Positions 43,105-58,364 of a stretch of DNA of 64,000 nt are shown here, one piece after another. The stretch's first letter is position 1. Every line of letters starts with the position of its first letter. The notes beneath the pieces were generated by a model. The model did not search any database and was not told the origin of the DNA. It worked only from the letters and a program-made list of their open reading frames with translations. The DNA is from Eledone cirrhosa (taxonomy: Eukaryota): positions 427,118,001 through 427,182,000 of the forward strand of contig OZ024740.1 in the NCBI GenBank assembly GCA_964016885.1, read 5' to 3'. The position numbers and the translations under genes were made by a program.

Positions 43105-43655
43105 TGGCATCTTTATTGTTGTTCCCGTCTGCCGTGACTGTGGAGGCCGATCCTTGACTTGCAGGTCCGGGGACAGTGGAGGCAGGGGAAGAGACCGGAG
43201 TCCGACCGGCAACTCCCAGAGGTTACCTCCACCTCTCGCCCATTGCCGCAGGGCTTTGGGAGTGCACGCTCAAGAAGAAATCTGTGCGGGAAAGGTTTAT
43301 AGTGGGAGAGCCAGTGCACGGCGACGATCCCACTCACTCGGCCGCAGAAGCCAGAATCACTAATGACCATGGTTTTGCACCTAGAAAGTTTCCCTCCGAG
43401 GCACAAGCCGCGGTAAGGTGTGTTTATTGCAAACCACCAGTCACCCATACATTCCAGTCTCCCCTCCCCAAGCCACCGATTTTGTCCAAGTCGAATGCAA
43501 TGGCCGATATAGCTTGGCACCAGTGAAGTCATAACTCATTTCTACAGCTGAGTGAACTGGAGAAACGTGCAATAAAGTGTCTTGCTCAAGGACAGAACGC
43601 ATCACCCGGTTCCAGACCCGAACTCACAACCACTCAATTGCAAGCCGAGAGAGAG
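43105..43655 (-). mobile_element. Composite tRNA-SINE with a GC-rich 3' extension
   Basis: SINE head and body at 43440-43655 (gtccttgagcaagacactttatt), followed by ~340 bp GC-rich sequence ending aataaagatgcc on the minus strand. Confidence 0.55.
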
Positions 43656-43673
43656 AGCGAGAGAGAAAGAGAA

Positions 43674-43765
<92 letters not shown>

Positions 43766-44748
43766 GGAGAGTGAGAGAGAGAGAAATTTAACAAGTTATA
43801 TACACCTGTACAACTCCATACCCCTTTATCTCTAACCGCTCTCATTCCTTACCTGTTATCGTGGTCTCACAATAGGACATTGTGAGACTGTCATATTAAT
43901 TAAAATCTCTGTCATACTCGTTCCGACACATCAACATGGATTAACGATGATACAGTTCACTACGGTTGCGTACATTCTTTGTTCTAATCAACAATCATAT
44001 CTTCACTAATTGAAAAATAACAAAAATAAAAATAAAATCGATTATTATTTTAAGGTTTACTAATATGTATAAATAAAATGATTCAACAATTTGTTGTGAT
44101 AGAGAAAGGATACAGTTGAAGAAATCAACAAGTCTACTTATTTATATATTTCTTTTCATCTTATAAATTTTATGAGCAATAGATTCATAGGTTATTGGAT
44201 TTCAACGGACAAACTATTAATTCACTATTTAGGAGGGTGAGAAAGCAACAAGGGCGTGTCTATTTAAATCTACTGGTAAAAACCCCGGGTAGTCACGGGC
44301 AAATTAACATAGTTTTCAGGGAGATTCAATGTGATACAGTGAGTAGCAAAGCTAGCCCCTTGAATTACAGGTACAACTCACTTTTGCCAGCTGAGTGGAC
44401 TGGAGCAACATGAAATAAAGCATCGTGCTCAATGACACAAAGTGCCATCCAGACCGGGAATTGAACTCATGACCTTACGATTGTGAGCTGAACACCCTAA
44501 CCACTAAGCCTTCACTTTAAATATGGCATGTTATGTGAAATTAAATGTAGCATGTTATGTTAAATGAAATTCTTAAGTTACTGAGACCCACATTGTTTTT
44601 TAGCCTTGCTCAAATACATCACTTTTGAAATACATACACCCACACTAACACAAATACATAGACAAACATATACAAATACGCGTACATACATTAAAGACAG
44701 AATTGTGTTCATATTTATTATTTAAAACTTCATGTTTCTTTACTAGTA

Positions 44749-45400
44749 CTAGCAGAAAAACCACGCTTCTGGTGGTTTTCTGCTAGCATGTGTAGTGTGT
44801 ATATTGATATTATACACACATATATATGCATGTAAATAAAATCGTAATTGAAATATACACATAAATTGAACACTGTATTCTGTAATCAGTAACGTAATCC
44901 ATGATAGATTTTACAAAGACGATATATATATATGAACTGCATCAGGAGAAAATTAGCGACGGAAGTATATGCGATTATAAGTGTTATAATATAACGGCCG
45001 CTAACCGGAAGTGTCGGCATTTGACAATTTTAAAGAAGTGAATCTTTAAATAAGTTATAAAAAATATATAATAAACAGCCACGAAATTTAGTAGTTAAAT
45101 TATGTAATATTCATTCATTGGTGGATTGGCAGTATCGATAGAGAGTTGGACACAATGCTTTGAAGCATAGAGTTACGTCCCTTTATGATCTGAGTTCAAA
45201 ACCCGCCGGGGTTAACTTTGCTTTTCATCCTTACGGGGGTCGATAAAATAAAGTACCAGTAATGTACTGGGTAATTGCTGGCCTTGTGCCCAAAGTAGAA
45301 ACAATTATTTATTCAAAGTAATCCAACTTATTTTACAAACGCGGTACAAAATATATATTCTGGACGCACTCCCGCACTCCTTACTTTATTATAGTTTAGA
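44749..45400 (-). mobile_element. Helitron copy interrupted by a tRNA-SINE (45119-45308 +)
   Basis: Reverse complement of 35363-35850; the sequence resumes after the SINE. Confidence 0.8.
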
Positions 45401-45466
45401 TTGATGTATATAAACGTAAATAAATAAATGAAGCGTATATACACACATACTTATATATATATATAT

Positions 45467-45597
45467 ATAGGAAAAGAGTCAAGACCCCGACGCCTGAGCT
45501 CCGACCGTCAGAGTCCTGACTCTTTTCCTATTACCCACTCTACTAACCAAAGTATCGAGTACTCTGGTGAGTTATGGTCCACCTGGTTCACCCAGGT
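45467..45597 (+). mobile_element. Family F mini-element, opposite orientation
   Basis: Hairpin 45467-45531, then tail tacccactctact..gagtactctgg..tggtccacctgg. Confidence 0.75.
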
Positions 45598-45811
45598 GAT
45601 ATTTAGGTTCATGTATAAATAAATAAATACAATTAACAAAGAAATATATACGTTTTATTTGTTTTTGTTTTTGTGTTTTTGCCTTTTGCAGGAAAATGTG
45701 TGTTCAAATAGATATTGTTATACTTTAACAGGGTCATGCTGCTAATAAATCACCCGCACTTGTTGGATTTTCACTTCATTTTATTTATATAATGTCTCTC
45801 TCATCCTCTCT

Positions 45812-45849
<38 letters not shown>

Positions 45850-45851
<2 letters not shown>

Positions 45852-48102
45852 ATAATAATAATGAAATATTGTGTACAGTGCTCAGGTGCACTACAACTCA
45901 TCAAAAGTGTATGTATAGTACATAGGTTAATGTACAAACGTCAGTAAAATGAACAGTGCATGAGTCATGATATGCACATGTGTGCATGTGTATGGAAGGG
46001 GTACATTAGGTGTAGTTTTGGCGAATTTCGGGAAGCATGAGGGTTTTAAAGGATGCAGTGTCTTGGCAGCTAACAACTGACGCAAGCAGTTTGTTCCATG
46101 CTTCAGCAACTCTGAGCGTGAAAAAATGTTTCCGAAAGTCATGGGAGCTGCGCTGTTTTCTGATTTTGTAGGCATGTCTACGTGTGTTAGACACAATGGA
46201 AATCAAAAAGGTGCTCAGGGTTGTTGTTGGCGAGATGGTTAATAACTTTGTGGGTGTTTACTAAGTCCATTGCCAGACGTCAGAGTTTCAATGAATCCAT
46301 GCCCAGGGAGGCAAGGCGTTCAGAGTATGGTAGGTGTCTGATGGAGGGTATGCGCTTGGTTGCACGTCTCTGAACAGTTTCCAGGAGGTCAATGTTCTGA
46401 TCAAGATAGGGGTTCCAGACTGATGGTGCGAATTCCAAGTGTGGTCGTACCATAGCTGTATACAGCTTTAAATAGATGGCTGGAGAGCGGCTAACAAAGG
46501 TCTTGTTGAGTGATGCCAAGACACCCTCGGCCTTCTTGACAATCTTAGAGACATGCTTTGTCCAACGCAAATCGCTGCTGACAGTAATACCCAGGTTACG
46601 TTCACAAGAGGACTTCTTGATATCAGTGTTGTGGATGGAGTATGTGGACGCTGGATTTTTCCTCCCAAAATGCATGGTGGTACACTTGTCCACAGCCACC
46701 TTCAGTTGCCTGTCTGTGATCCATTGCTGCATTGTGTCCAGGTCTGATTGTAGGAAAGAGTTGTAGATTTCAGGAACAGTCCTTTTGATTTCAAAGTACA
46801 GCTTGATGTCATCTGCATATTTCAGTACCGTGGCATTCTTTAAGTTGGCATCTATGTCATTAATATATGCCACAAACAAAAGGGGACCAAGAACAGATCC
46901 CTGTGGTACACCAGATGACATCTAATATGGTGAAGAATGCTGTCCTAGAACCGTGACTACCTCTTTTAGGCTGAGAATGAAGAATTTGAACCAGTTAAAA
47001 AGATCATCCCTCACACCCATTGCAGAGAGTTTTGCCATAAGTCTTTTGTGTGGCACAGAATTAAAAGCCTTAGCGAAGTCAAGGTAAACAACATCCACCC
47101 ATGAGCCGCTGTTAGTGATCCGGGTAATTTGTTCAAGGAACTCGATAAGCTGATCACAGCAGCTGGAGTTAGGGATAAATCCAAACTGCGAGGGCCGGAT
47201 GAGGCTGTGAGGGTCCAGAAGTTCCAAAGTATTTATCTGACACAGGATTCCATCAGTTTGGCAATACAGCTAGTAAGACTGACTGGACGATAGTTGACAG
47301 GTGACGTGCGGTCGCCCTTTTTGAACAGGGGAATGACACTGGCAGTTTTCCACTGCTCCGGAGTAGCACCATTGTTGAGACAGTATTGAAAGAAGAAAGA
47401 AATCTGGTGCAAAAGGAAGTACCCGCTACGTTTGAGAAGCAGGTATGTAACACCATCAAGACCAGGGGAGGCATAGTTGTGCTTATTCTTAAGGTGACGT
47501 CGCCTCATTGCAGGTGTAAATTCCAAAGTTGTTATGGGATTTGATGTTAGAGATGGTGGAGATGGTACGTTCTGGTGTTCAACAGAAAAAAGGCTTGCAT
47601 AGCACTCAGCAATGAGTTCTGCGCATTCTTTGGGATCGTCAGTGATCTGGCTTGTGTGGGGATTGCGAAGAGGACCAACTGGAGAGTGAGGTCTCTGCTT
47701 TGAATGAACATATTTCCAGAACACCTTACTGTCAGGATTGGTTGCTATGCACTGTTCAAATTCAAGCATTGCCTTTTTTGTCACTTGCTTGAAATGGTTG
47801 GAAGATTTATTCCGCTTTTTTCTGTTGGCATCTGATTTATGCAGTTTATATTCCCGTTCAGGGTTCCGACGTTCTTTCCTGGCAAGTCGGACCGCTGAAG
47901 TTTCCCAAATTGCACTTTTGGGGTGGGTTTTTTTCTGCATACGTGGTACCGATGCTGCACGCGCTATCCATATTGAGTCCAGGATGCTCTGGAGTATAGT
48001 GTTCACATCTCCAGAGTTATAGAACTCATGCCAGTTTGGGCGCTGTAGCTCAGTGCAGTACAAGTTCCAATCTGCTTTCTTCCAATCAAAGCAAGCAGAT
48101 TG
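45850..48102 (-). mobile_element. CR1-group (CR1/L2-like) LINE, 5'-truncated, with frameshifted RT
   Basis: NYRPVSLTS, QFGF, VVYLDFAKAFNSVPH, SGVPQGSVLGPLLF, YADD, VRPHLEFA..VWNP; (ATT)n tail at ~45850. Confidence 0.92.
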
Positions 48103-48530
48103 GAGAGTGAGAAATGAAATTTCGTTTCTTTCTATTCCATTTATCGTTTTCGGTGCGCCCAGCCGACTGAACTCACTCGATATGCAAATTAGGCTGCTCA
48201 GCCGTTAATATACATAAGGAAAGTATATACTTTCAGGCGTTCAACCATCTGGCAGGAAGGTATACGATGCTGACGATAGCTAATAAGCTTGAAACTAGTA
48301 CATCGTTCCTGTGACAGTGTTGAACAAAAAGGTGACGTGGCTTCCTAAACACTGTACGGCGTAATTCGGGCTGTTTGTTTGTTTACAAACAAACAAACCG
48401 AGCATTATAATAAATGTTCGGTAAACCGATACGTGCATATATATATGTGTGCATGTATGTATATATATACATACTACTGTATGTCTGTATACATATATGT
48501 ATGTACGTATACATGCATACATACTTATAT
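48103..48530 (+). mobile_element. Circularly permuted copy of the ~430-bp HHR repeat
   Basis: Begins with the segment that ends the 39715-40150 copy and continues seamlessly into that copy's start. Confidence 0.8.
48264..48306 (+). ncRNA. Type I hammerhead ribozyme
   Basis: acgatg-CTGACGA-tagctaataagctt-GAAAC-ta-GTA-catcgt. Perfect 6-bp stem I, extendable via caggaa/ttcctg. Confidence 0.9.
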
Positions 48531-48540
48531 ATATATATAT

Positions 48541-48732
48541 ATTTAATACAGAAAAGCTTCTACAGGACTAGAACCTTTTCGTTTGTGAGAAATTATCAGG
48601 AAGCCTGATGATTTCTCCCGAATGAAACAGTTCTTGTCCTGTAGAATCCTTTCTATATTAAATATTCATATTTTGCTTTGTATTGAGTACCTTACTTACT
48701 GTGGTTACCCCTGATTGAACCGGGGATGAACT
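48541..48732 (+). repeat. Hairpin-plus-tail element with an HHR motif (48605-48633); tail also present at 1991-2045(-)
   Basis: Arms 48541-48600/48604-48663; CTGATGA-tttctcccgaat-GAAAC-agttc. Confidence 0.75.
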
Positions 48733-49544
48733 TATATGTATATATATATTTATATATATATAAGCAAAGGGATATTTAATTTTTTGGTAAGTCAACAAAT
48801 ATATTTATAACAGATTCGAAACACTTGACAGGTTTTCTGGAGTATAATATCAATGATATTAATACATGAAAACTATATTTATAAAACCATATTTATTCTA
48901 TTATATATATTTTGAAGGGTACCAACACTTTGGTACGCCCTCATCAGATAAAATCCAAAGTTTGTTTTATAGATAGTGACATACCCTGGAATCAGACCTT
49001 AACGGTTCAAGTTCTGTTTGGATATTCAAATATTTATTAAATATTATCCACTATTATGTTTCCTCCTGTTGTATTGTATGTCTACGCCATTATATATAGA
49101 GAGAAAGAGAGAGAGGGGAGAGAGAATTTCCCCTATTCTAGATCAGCGTCATTCTAGATATGCTCGGACGTTTCGCTTCTGTTTTGGGTCTCGGTACTTT
49201 TAACAGCGACAAGTGTCTAAGCATCCCGGAATTGATAGCTGGGAAGCGGATTTATTTGTTTGTTTACATTTTGGCCCAAATTCCGTCTCATCTGAACTAT
49301 TGTAATACATTTTCATTACACATTCCTTGTTTTTTACCAACGTCTCTGCCTTCTTAACACTGAGCTATGTTGATTAAGTACATTCAATTTATGCCCACAA
49401 TTCACCACTGTGATGAATGCCTTCTTTTTCTCTTTGATACTGGGGTTTCTTTCTCCCTTTCCTTCGAACTTTCCATCATCTAATCACACTACGAGATTTT
49501 GCAGTGGTATATGATTGAGGTGAGCACGTCTCTCTTAACTTTGT

Positions 49545-49880
49545 AGATGAACGACCTTCAGGAGCGAAGTCATCAGGCAGAAGTCATCAGGCAGAAGTCC
49601 GGCGTTAGGGACATCATCACGGAATATATGCGCAGCAAGTTCAGATGGGCTGGACACGTCGCCCGGTTTACCGATAATCGGTGGACCCACGCAGTTGCCG
49701 AGTGGTACACGCGCGAGCGAAAACGACAACTCGGAAGGCCTCCACGAAGGTGGAGTTACGATTTTAGGAATATGATTGGGACTACATGGATTAGGAAAGC
49801 ACGATCCAGAGAGGAATGGACGGCGTGCTGTGACCAGCGGCGCCGAATGGACGCCCGACAGACTGGTCGGTCTAGGTGGT
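49545..49880 (+). mobile_element. RTE-clade LINE 3' fragment
   Basis: IRQKSGVRDI...KFRWAGHVAR..DNRWT..VAEW..R..KR..GRPPRRW, an RTE ORF C-terminus. Confidence 0.88.
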
Positions 49881-49949
49881 ATATATATATATAATATATA
49901 TATATATATAATATATATATATATAATATATATATATATAATATATATA

Positions 49950-49998
<49 letters not shown>

Positions 49999-50017
49999 AT
50001 ATATATATATATAATAT

Positions 50018-50905
<888 letters not shown>

Positions 50906-50915
50906 ATATATTATA

Positions 50916-51006
<91 letters not shown>

Positions 51007-51009
<3 letters not shown>

Positions 51010-51247
51010 GAAAGAGTAAAGCATAACATGGTCGGTTGTACAACACTTTTTGTACAGCCGACCATGTTATTCTTCACTCTTTCACCACCATTACTCCAAG
51101 AAAAACCTACATGGGAATTCTCGTAAACTCGCCACCTAACTAAGGAAACCTTTTGTTCGGTCAAACAACGCCGTACGTTAAAACTATCCATAGTAGAGTA
51201 CTCACAACCTCTAACTGAATTACCTTAAACGATTACCTGTTATCCTA
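51007..51247 (+). repeat. Hairpin (~32-bp arms) with ~160-bp tail in (TA)n
   Basis: gtgaaagagt.aag.ataacatggtcggttgtacaa / ttgtacagccgaccatgttattcttcactctttcac. Confidence 0.8.
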
Positions 51248-51260
51248 TATATATATATAT

Positions 51261-51417
<157 letters not shown>

Positions 51418-51674
51418 ATATATATATGAAAATAGAGAAACTAATGTGAGCAAGAAGCCAACAGTAATTCAGACATATAAGTGACTATTACGTCAAGATG
51501 GAAAATATTTAACGTAAGATATGAGAAAATAATTCAATGGCAATTAAATAAAAAGTCAAGACAGAAATTTTATCCACAGATTTTGTGTAATCCAGGGAAA
51601 AAGCCAATAGAGTCTTAACTCAGAATAAAATTAAGAGTAAATACTTATCCTTCAATTTAGAAAAATCTACAAAT

Positions 51675-51755
51675 GCTCTATATAGTCTTAAAAAGAGTAT
51701 TTCACGAAACTTTTCAGTGGGGTTAGTCACGGTTGGAGTCGTTCATCAGTAGAGC
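51675..51755 (-). ncRNA. Type I hammerhead ribozyme
   Basis: Reverse complement: gctcta-CTGATGA-acga...tcgt-GAAA-ta...tATA-tagagc. 6-bp stem I. Confidence 0.72.
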
Positions 51756-51799
51756 TCAACACGATAACTAAGGACCACAGCTAAAATATGCCAAAAGGG

Positions 51800-51836
<37 letters not shown>

Positions 51837-51994
51837 AATAAAATAACCAGGACGATTGGTTACTCCTTCATAACGTTTATTGGTTGGTGACGCGCGTTTT
51901 GCCACTGATCAGCTCAAGGTTCGATCTGTATCGATCTTTCCCGACTCTGTAATCCGCGGCTCGTCAGACCTCTTGTAATGGTAAAGGAAAAATG

Positions 51995-52055
<61 letters not shown>

Positions 52056-52148
52056 GTGTATACACACACACATGCATATAATAGCTTTATGAGCTTTAAT
52101 ATATAGTAACTATAAAGTAAATGTTTGCTCAGTGTTTTGTGCACTGAT

Positions 52149-52179
<31 letters not shown>

Positions 52180-52621
52180 ACGTGTGTGTGTGTGCGCGTG
52201 TGTGTATGTACGTGTGTGTGTGTGCGTGTGTGTGTATGTATGTGTGTGTGTAAATTGATATCGAAACAATTGTAATTGTATATATATATATGTACATAGT
52301 TTATTTCTTTATCATAGTGTTCAATATATTTTTTATTTGCTGTTTTTTTCCCTCCATGTTTTATCCCTGACGACTCATCTATTCCAGGTATGTAGCATGT
52401 TTCTGTCTTGTTATACGACTTGTTTACTATTCATGGCCAATGTCAAATCTATATTTGTCCCTTTCTTACTACACATACCACTGCAAACCTTGTCCCAAAA
52501 CCTGTAACTTATCTCAGGTTTTATTTGTTAGTTTGTGTCAGTTTGTCCCCTTCTCAAACACACTTATACGTTACCCATTCCTTGATTTTGCCACCATCTC
52601 TCAACCCCCCATCCCCCTCTC

Positions 52622-52680
<59 letters not shown>

Positions 52681-52840
52681 CTCTCTCAATCTCTCACTCT
52701 CTCTCTCTCTCTCTATCTCGCTCTCTCTCTCTCTGGTTCTTTACTGTTGTGGTACGATGTATATATATATACACACACACACACACATATCTATATATAC
52801 ATATATATGTGTGTGTATATATATATCTATATATATATAT

Positions 52841-53034
52841 AAAACGAAGGAAGTGTGGTAATAAACCAGGTGGACGATAACGCACCAGAGTACTCAATAC
52901 TTTGGATAGTAGAGTGGGTAATAGGAAAAGAGTCAGGACCCCGGCGGCTGAGCTCCGACCGTTTCGACAGCTAGTTCTGAACTCCTGTCGAAACGGCCGG
53001 CCCTCAACCGTCGGGGTCTTGACTCTTTCCCTAT
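52841..53034 (-). mobile_element. Family F mini-element (~52-bp arms)
   Basis: 80-nt tail plus hairpin 52921-53034; minus strand has gtcGAAAC-G-GTC-ggagc. Confidence 0.8.
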
Positions 53035-53778
53035 ATATATATATGTAGATAATACAAGTGGAAGCTTAGTAAAATCGAAGCTTTGGCTGTGGGCAAGCAA
53101 AGTCGACCTACACTAGGAATGAGTTAGCAAGCACTCTATAAGGGTAGGTCCTGAAAGTAATAACATACGTTTAAATAGCTTGACGAATTGAACATTGCGG
53201 TAGGCAAAACCCAACCACACAATACCAAAGCAACGAAAGAACTAACAGGTTAAAAGATACACCTGAACAAATCAAACGATATACGTCTAAAGCGTTTCTA
53301 TGAATCCGAAATCATTTATCCACCTTACGTAACAGGCACGCTCGTGGTATTCCATGATCGAACAGAGGATTCATTTCATCAACAGGGTTTCCGTTCTGCC
53401 ATATATCGGAGTGAACAAGCTAAATGCGGCCGCTAAGAATACAGCCAGGGAACACTTAGTTGTCACGTGTTATTTCCAACAAGGGAAACAAAATCCGGTT
53501 TTTGGCGTGTAGATTCAAAGTGTTAACAAACACATACATATGTATATCCTGGCTATCATCTATATCAGATCGTTACATTTTCAAGCTGACATGATTGATG
53601 TGACTCTCCCTACATGACATCACATTATCTCTGTCATTCTGTCATGTACCTTTCCAAGTCATCTTTCTTTCTTTGCATGTTTTCTATTTAGTTTAATTTA
53701 AATCTCTTCCACAGGACAGGAATTGAAATGATGCACAGGCAATGCTGTAATGTTCTCTCCTATAAACAGGGAGAAGGT

Positions 53779-53832
<54 letters not shown>

Positions 53833-53984
53833 CACTGCTGCTGCTGCTGCTGCTGCTACTACTACTACTACTACTACTATTACTACTACTACAACTACTA
53901 CTGCTACTACTACTACCACAGCTGCTGCTACTACTACTACTACTACTACTACTGCTGCTACTACTACTACTACTACTACTTTTG

Positions 53985-54016
<32 letters not shown>

Positions 54017-54030
54017 GCTGCTGCTGCTGT

Positions 54031-54100
<70 letters not shown>

Positions 54101-54112
54101 GCTGCTGCTACT
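53779..54112. repeat. (TAC)n/(TGC)n trinucleotide repeat
   Basis: Directly visible. Confidence 0.95.
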
Positions 54113-54389
54113 ATCCACTCTTTGTGGTATTTCAATGCGAACACGGAAACAACACCTCTGGCCACTCGTCAGTTTGATGGGATCTGACCAGCAGATAAAC
54201 AACCACAACAACAACAATAACAACACCTGTTAATATGTGTATTTCTACCACATTACATATGTAAAGGAAATGCCGTATGTTATTAAAGAGGAAGGGGAGA
54301 AGTAGAATTCACGAAACTGGTTAACAATTTTTTTTTTAAATACATACAATAATTTATAACTTTGCCTATTAATCCTTATGATGAGCAAA

Positions 54390-54910
54390 TGGGGTACCAA
54401 TTGCTGGCCTCCCCACAGCCCCGGCGGACAGGATGGAGAAGGCATTTCTCCGTAGGATGGTAAGGGAGATGTGCTGGAAGAGCCATTCCTGCTCATGAGG
54501 CTCACACCTGCGGCTAGTCAGTTCAGCACCTATGGTGGTGAATAGGGAGGTAGCTCTAGGGCCAAGGACACAAGAAGTCTCCACTGCCAAGGGCACGACT
54601 GCGAATCTGTCGGAGAGCGACCGGTATTTGAAGGGTTTGGCCTTCTCAGCCCGACGTGCAGCAGTACTTGGGTTAGTCGCAGACTGCACCAGGTTGCGGC
54701 TGGAGAAAGTGTCACTGCAAATGGCATCCCAGACGACGTGTTTGCCACCGCGGAACGGGAAGATGGTAATAAAATCTGGCCTTTTGCCATCCCCTCGGTC
54801 CAGCCCCACCGGGTCGAGCTGGGAGGGGAAGCCTGCAGCGTCCAAGCCATGCTTAATGACCTCGTTGAGGGCTGGAGTAAATACCGAGACTCTTGTAGCA
54901 CAAGATTAAA
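54390..54910 (-). mobile_element. CRE-like non-LTR retrotransposon 3' fragment (restriction-like endonuclease); short 3' piece also at 63405-63480(+)
   Basis: DGKRPDFITIFPF.GGK.VVWDA.CSDT...AEKAK..KY..L...VPLAVET..LG..LFQHIS..I.R.NA, a PD..D RLE domain. Confidence 0.8.
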
Positions 54911-55487
54911 GGAACCTCCTTACGAAAACCCACCAAAAAAATACCTAAATACCTAATGAAGAAGAAGTAAAGACAACAGGTGAGCAGAAGGTGTTATGGG
55001 CTCAGCTTTTCCAGGGAGTTTATGATGTTCCCACTACTTCGAATAGAAAACAACGAACTGATCGAGGACATTAATGAACGGTAAGGAGATTGAATTAAGG
55101 ATCAGATAACATTTATAGAAAAGACAGGATCCGACTATATGCAGCTGGCAGCTGAGAGACCACAGGGAGAAGCCAAATTAAAAGGCTGCTGTGTGGTATG
55201 TTTGGGAACTACAATATTTGATAACAGGGTGAAGGATATACAGAAAGAGGCATTTTGTCAAGGAAGTCCCAGCCGAAAGCCAGCTAGCGGCTGTGAACCT
55301 GTGTGGATATGTTGCCGTGTTTAAAGATTTATATACACGTACCTAACTACCTACCTAAATATATACAAATATTATACATATGTATATGGAAATATACATA
55401 TATGTGTGTGTGTGTGTTCGTGTATTCTTCTGTTTGTATATGTATATATATATGCATATATATGCACAAACGCACAGACCCCCCCCC

Positions 55488-55601
<114 letters not shown>

Positions 55602-56295
55602 GCAAAATAAAAGAGAGAATTATTCAACTGTATGACGGTTTAATAAATAGTGAGCCTAACCAAAGTTATTGAAATGGTTCAAAGAAAGAATTTTAGTAAA
55701 CATGGAATCTAAATGTATTTATGCATTTTCGAAGACTTCACCATAGTCCGACATCAAAGAATTATCCACTTTGGCGGATAAACATTCAGTCATTTCATTC
55801 TCAAATAGAATAAGGAAGAATTTTACTCAAAGGAAAAAAGCTACTGTAGTATTGTGATGGCCTGTACACAAAGAGCTTTATGGGAAACAATATTGTTAAC
55901 TGTCATTGTGAATCAATTTTGTATTCGAAATATTGGAAACTAGCTATGGAAACTCAAAGAATATAGTAGTCTTCCGTAGTTTTCAGCACAACGAAATAAG
56001 AACAGTTAATGCAGAGTTTCGTTAAATAATATTTTACAGCATTATTGCAAAATGTATTTAAGTTTAATCCCACTCATCTATATAAATGTGTATATATAAC
56101 GATTTATACAATTTTATACGCAATTGGCTATAAATAACTGTATTTGAATATGTCTGTGTGAATATGATCGTACATTCTTATATATCTATATCTGTATCTA
56201 TATCTATCTATTTATATCCATCGCCGTCTCTTTACCCCCCCCCCCCCCTCTCTCTCTCTCTCTCTCACACACTCTCTCTCTCTCTCTATCTATCT

Positions 56296-56469
56296 GTACA
56301 TTTCTTCGGGGTGTGTACAACCCCTGTGTAACACCTCCACCCTATTGGGGATTTCAATTGTTATTTGTTATTTTATTAATAGTTTTATTTTCATATACCT
56401 GTATGTAAACTCCCCATTTGTATTTGTCCCCTTCTTTTGTGCCCTTGTGGCTAATAAAAAATTTATCTG

Positions 56470-56512
<43 letters not shown>

Positions 56513-58362
56513 GCTGGTACGCAGCAGGTGCGACGACGCCCTCGGAGAAGCCCTAGACATGGAGGAGGACGAACTGGCCAGCCTGTTCGGTAGGACCTTC
56601 CGCCCGGGACCGATGGACAACTTCCAAAAGTCCCTGGCCTGGCAGTGCTACCGAGGAGCTCTACCAGTTCGAGACAAGCTCTACAGACATGGGCGCCCGG
56701 ACAGGGACCCTGCAAAAAAGATCTGTCCGAGGTGCGTGCGAGACGAAGAAACCGTCGCGCACGCATTCATACACTGCCCGGGCGTCACTGACCTGTGGGG
56801 ATATGTAGAACGACTATTGTCGCGGGTGGGACCAATCCAGTTGACCACCGAGTCCATTGTCATGATCAAACCGCCACCCTCCTTCGAAAACGAAGGAGAG
56901 GCGGTTTTCCTTTGTGTGATAGCTATGGCGAAAGAGGTTGTATGGTGGACAAGGTTGAAAGGGCTGAGGTCAGACACCTTTCTCTCCGGCCAACAACTGA
57001 TTCTTTTTTTCAAATACCACTTTGGAAGAAGAATCAGGATGGAGAGAGAGGTGCTGTACCCCAGCAAGTTTTATGAAAGGTGGGTGAAAGTGGCGAGAAT
57101 GGCCCGAGTGAATGGGCCTTCTCTCTATATCAGCCTGTAGATTGAGGAAAAGGAGGAGGAGAGGAAAGGAGTACAAGCTCTTCGTACTCCTGGAGATGAG
57201 GGTTGCACATTTTTTTTCGGGGGTATGTGTTACCCATAAAAACTGTCTCCCTCTATTGGGGAAAATCGACTAACTTTTAAATTCCATCTGTGATAACATT
57301 TTACACGTTTTTATTGTATGTAAACTTCCTCCTTTGTATTTGTCCCCTTCTTTTGTGCCCCTGTGGCTAATAAAGAAATATATCTATCTATCTATCTATC
57401 TATCTGCTGGTACGCAGCAGGTGCGACGACGCCCTCGGAGAAGCCCTAGACATGGAGGAGGACGAACTGGCCAGCCTGTTCGGTAGGACATTCAGCCCGG
57501 GACCTCTGGACAACTTCCAGAAGTCCCTGGCCTGGCAGTGCTACCGAGGGGCTTTACCCGTTCGAGAAAGGCTCTACAGACACGGGTGCCCGGGTAGGGA
57601 CCCCGCCAAAAAGATCTGTCCCAGATGCGTGTGCGACGAGGAAACCGTTGCACACGCATTGGTACACTGCTCGGGCGTAGCCGATCTGTGGGGCTATGTC
57701 GAACAACTGCTGTCAAGGGTGGGACCGATCCGGTTGACCACCGAGTCTATTGTAATGATCAAGCCGCCTCCCCCCTTCAAAGATGAAGCAGAGGCGGTGT
57801 TTCTGTGCGTAATAGCCATGGCGAAATAGGTTGTATGGTGGACGCGTCTGAAAGGACTGAAGTCAGGCACCTTTCTCTCTGGCCAACAACTGGTCCGTTT
57901 CTTCCGATATCATTTCGGAAGAAGGATCAGGATGGAGAGAGAGGTGCTGCACCCCAGTCGTTTCTATGAAAGATGGGTGAAAGTGGCGAGAATGGCCCGT
58001 GTGAATGGGCCTTCACTCTACATCAGACTATAGGTGAGGAAGATGAAAGACCAAGGGAGCACCCCTTCTCTGTGCTCCTGAGGAGAAGGGTTGCACACTT
58101 TTTTCGGGGGGGGGGGGGGCGACCCCCCAAGGCGCCTCCTCTCTATTGAGGATTTTGTTATAAATTTTATTTTTTGTTATATCTTATTTTATTTTTATAT
58201 TTTGTTATTGCCTCCTCCTTATTGAGGACGCCTTTTTGTGTAAACTCCCCCCTTTGTACTTGTCCCACTTTTGATGCCCTAGTGGCAAATAAAAGAAACA
58301 TATCTATCTATCTATCTAACTATCTATCTATCTACATATCTAACTATCTATCGAACTATCTA
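56296..58362 (+). mobile_element. Three tandem 5'-truncated L1/Tx1 3' ends (56296-56510, 56512-57403, 57404-58362)
   Basis: C-terminal zinc-binding motif CPRC...ETVAHA..HC; each copy ends aataaa plus (atct)n. Confidence 0.9.
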
Positions 58363-58364
58363 TA

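Noticed and set aside
53693-54233. Poly-Ser/Thr/Tyr/Val ORFs (mucin-like)
   Set aside because: Pure (TAC)n/(TGC)n repeat with no supporting gene structure.
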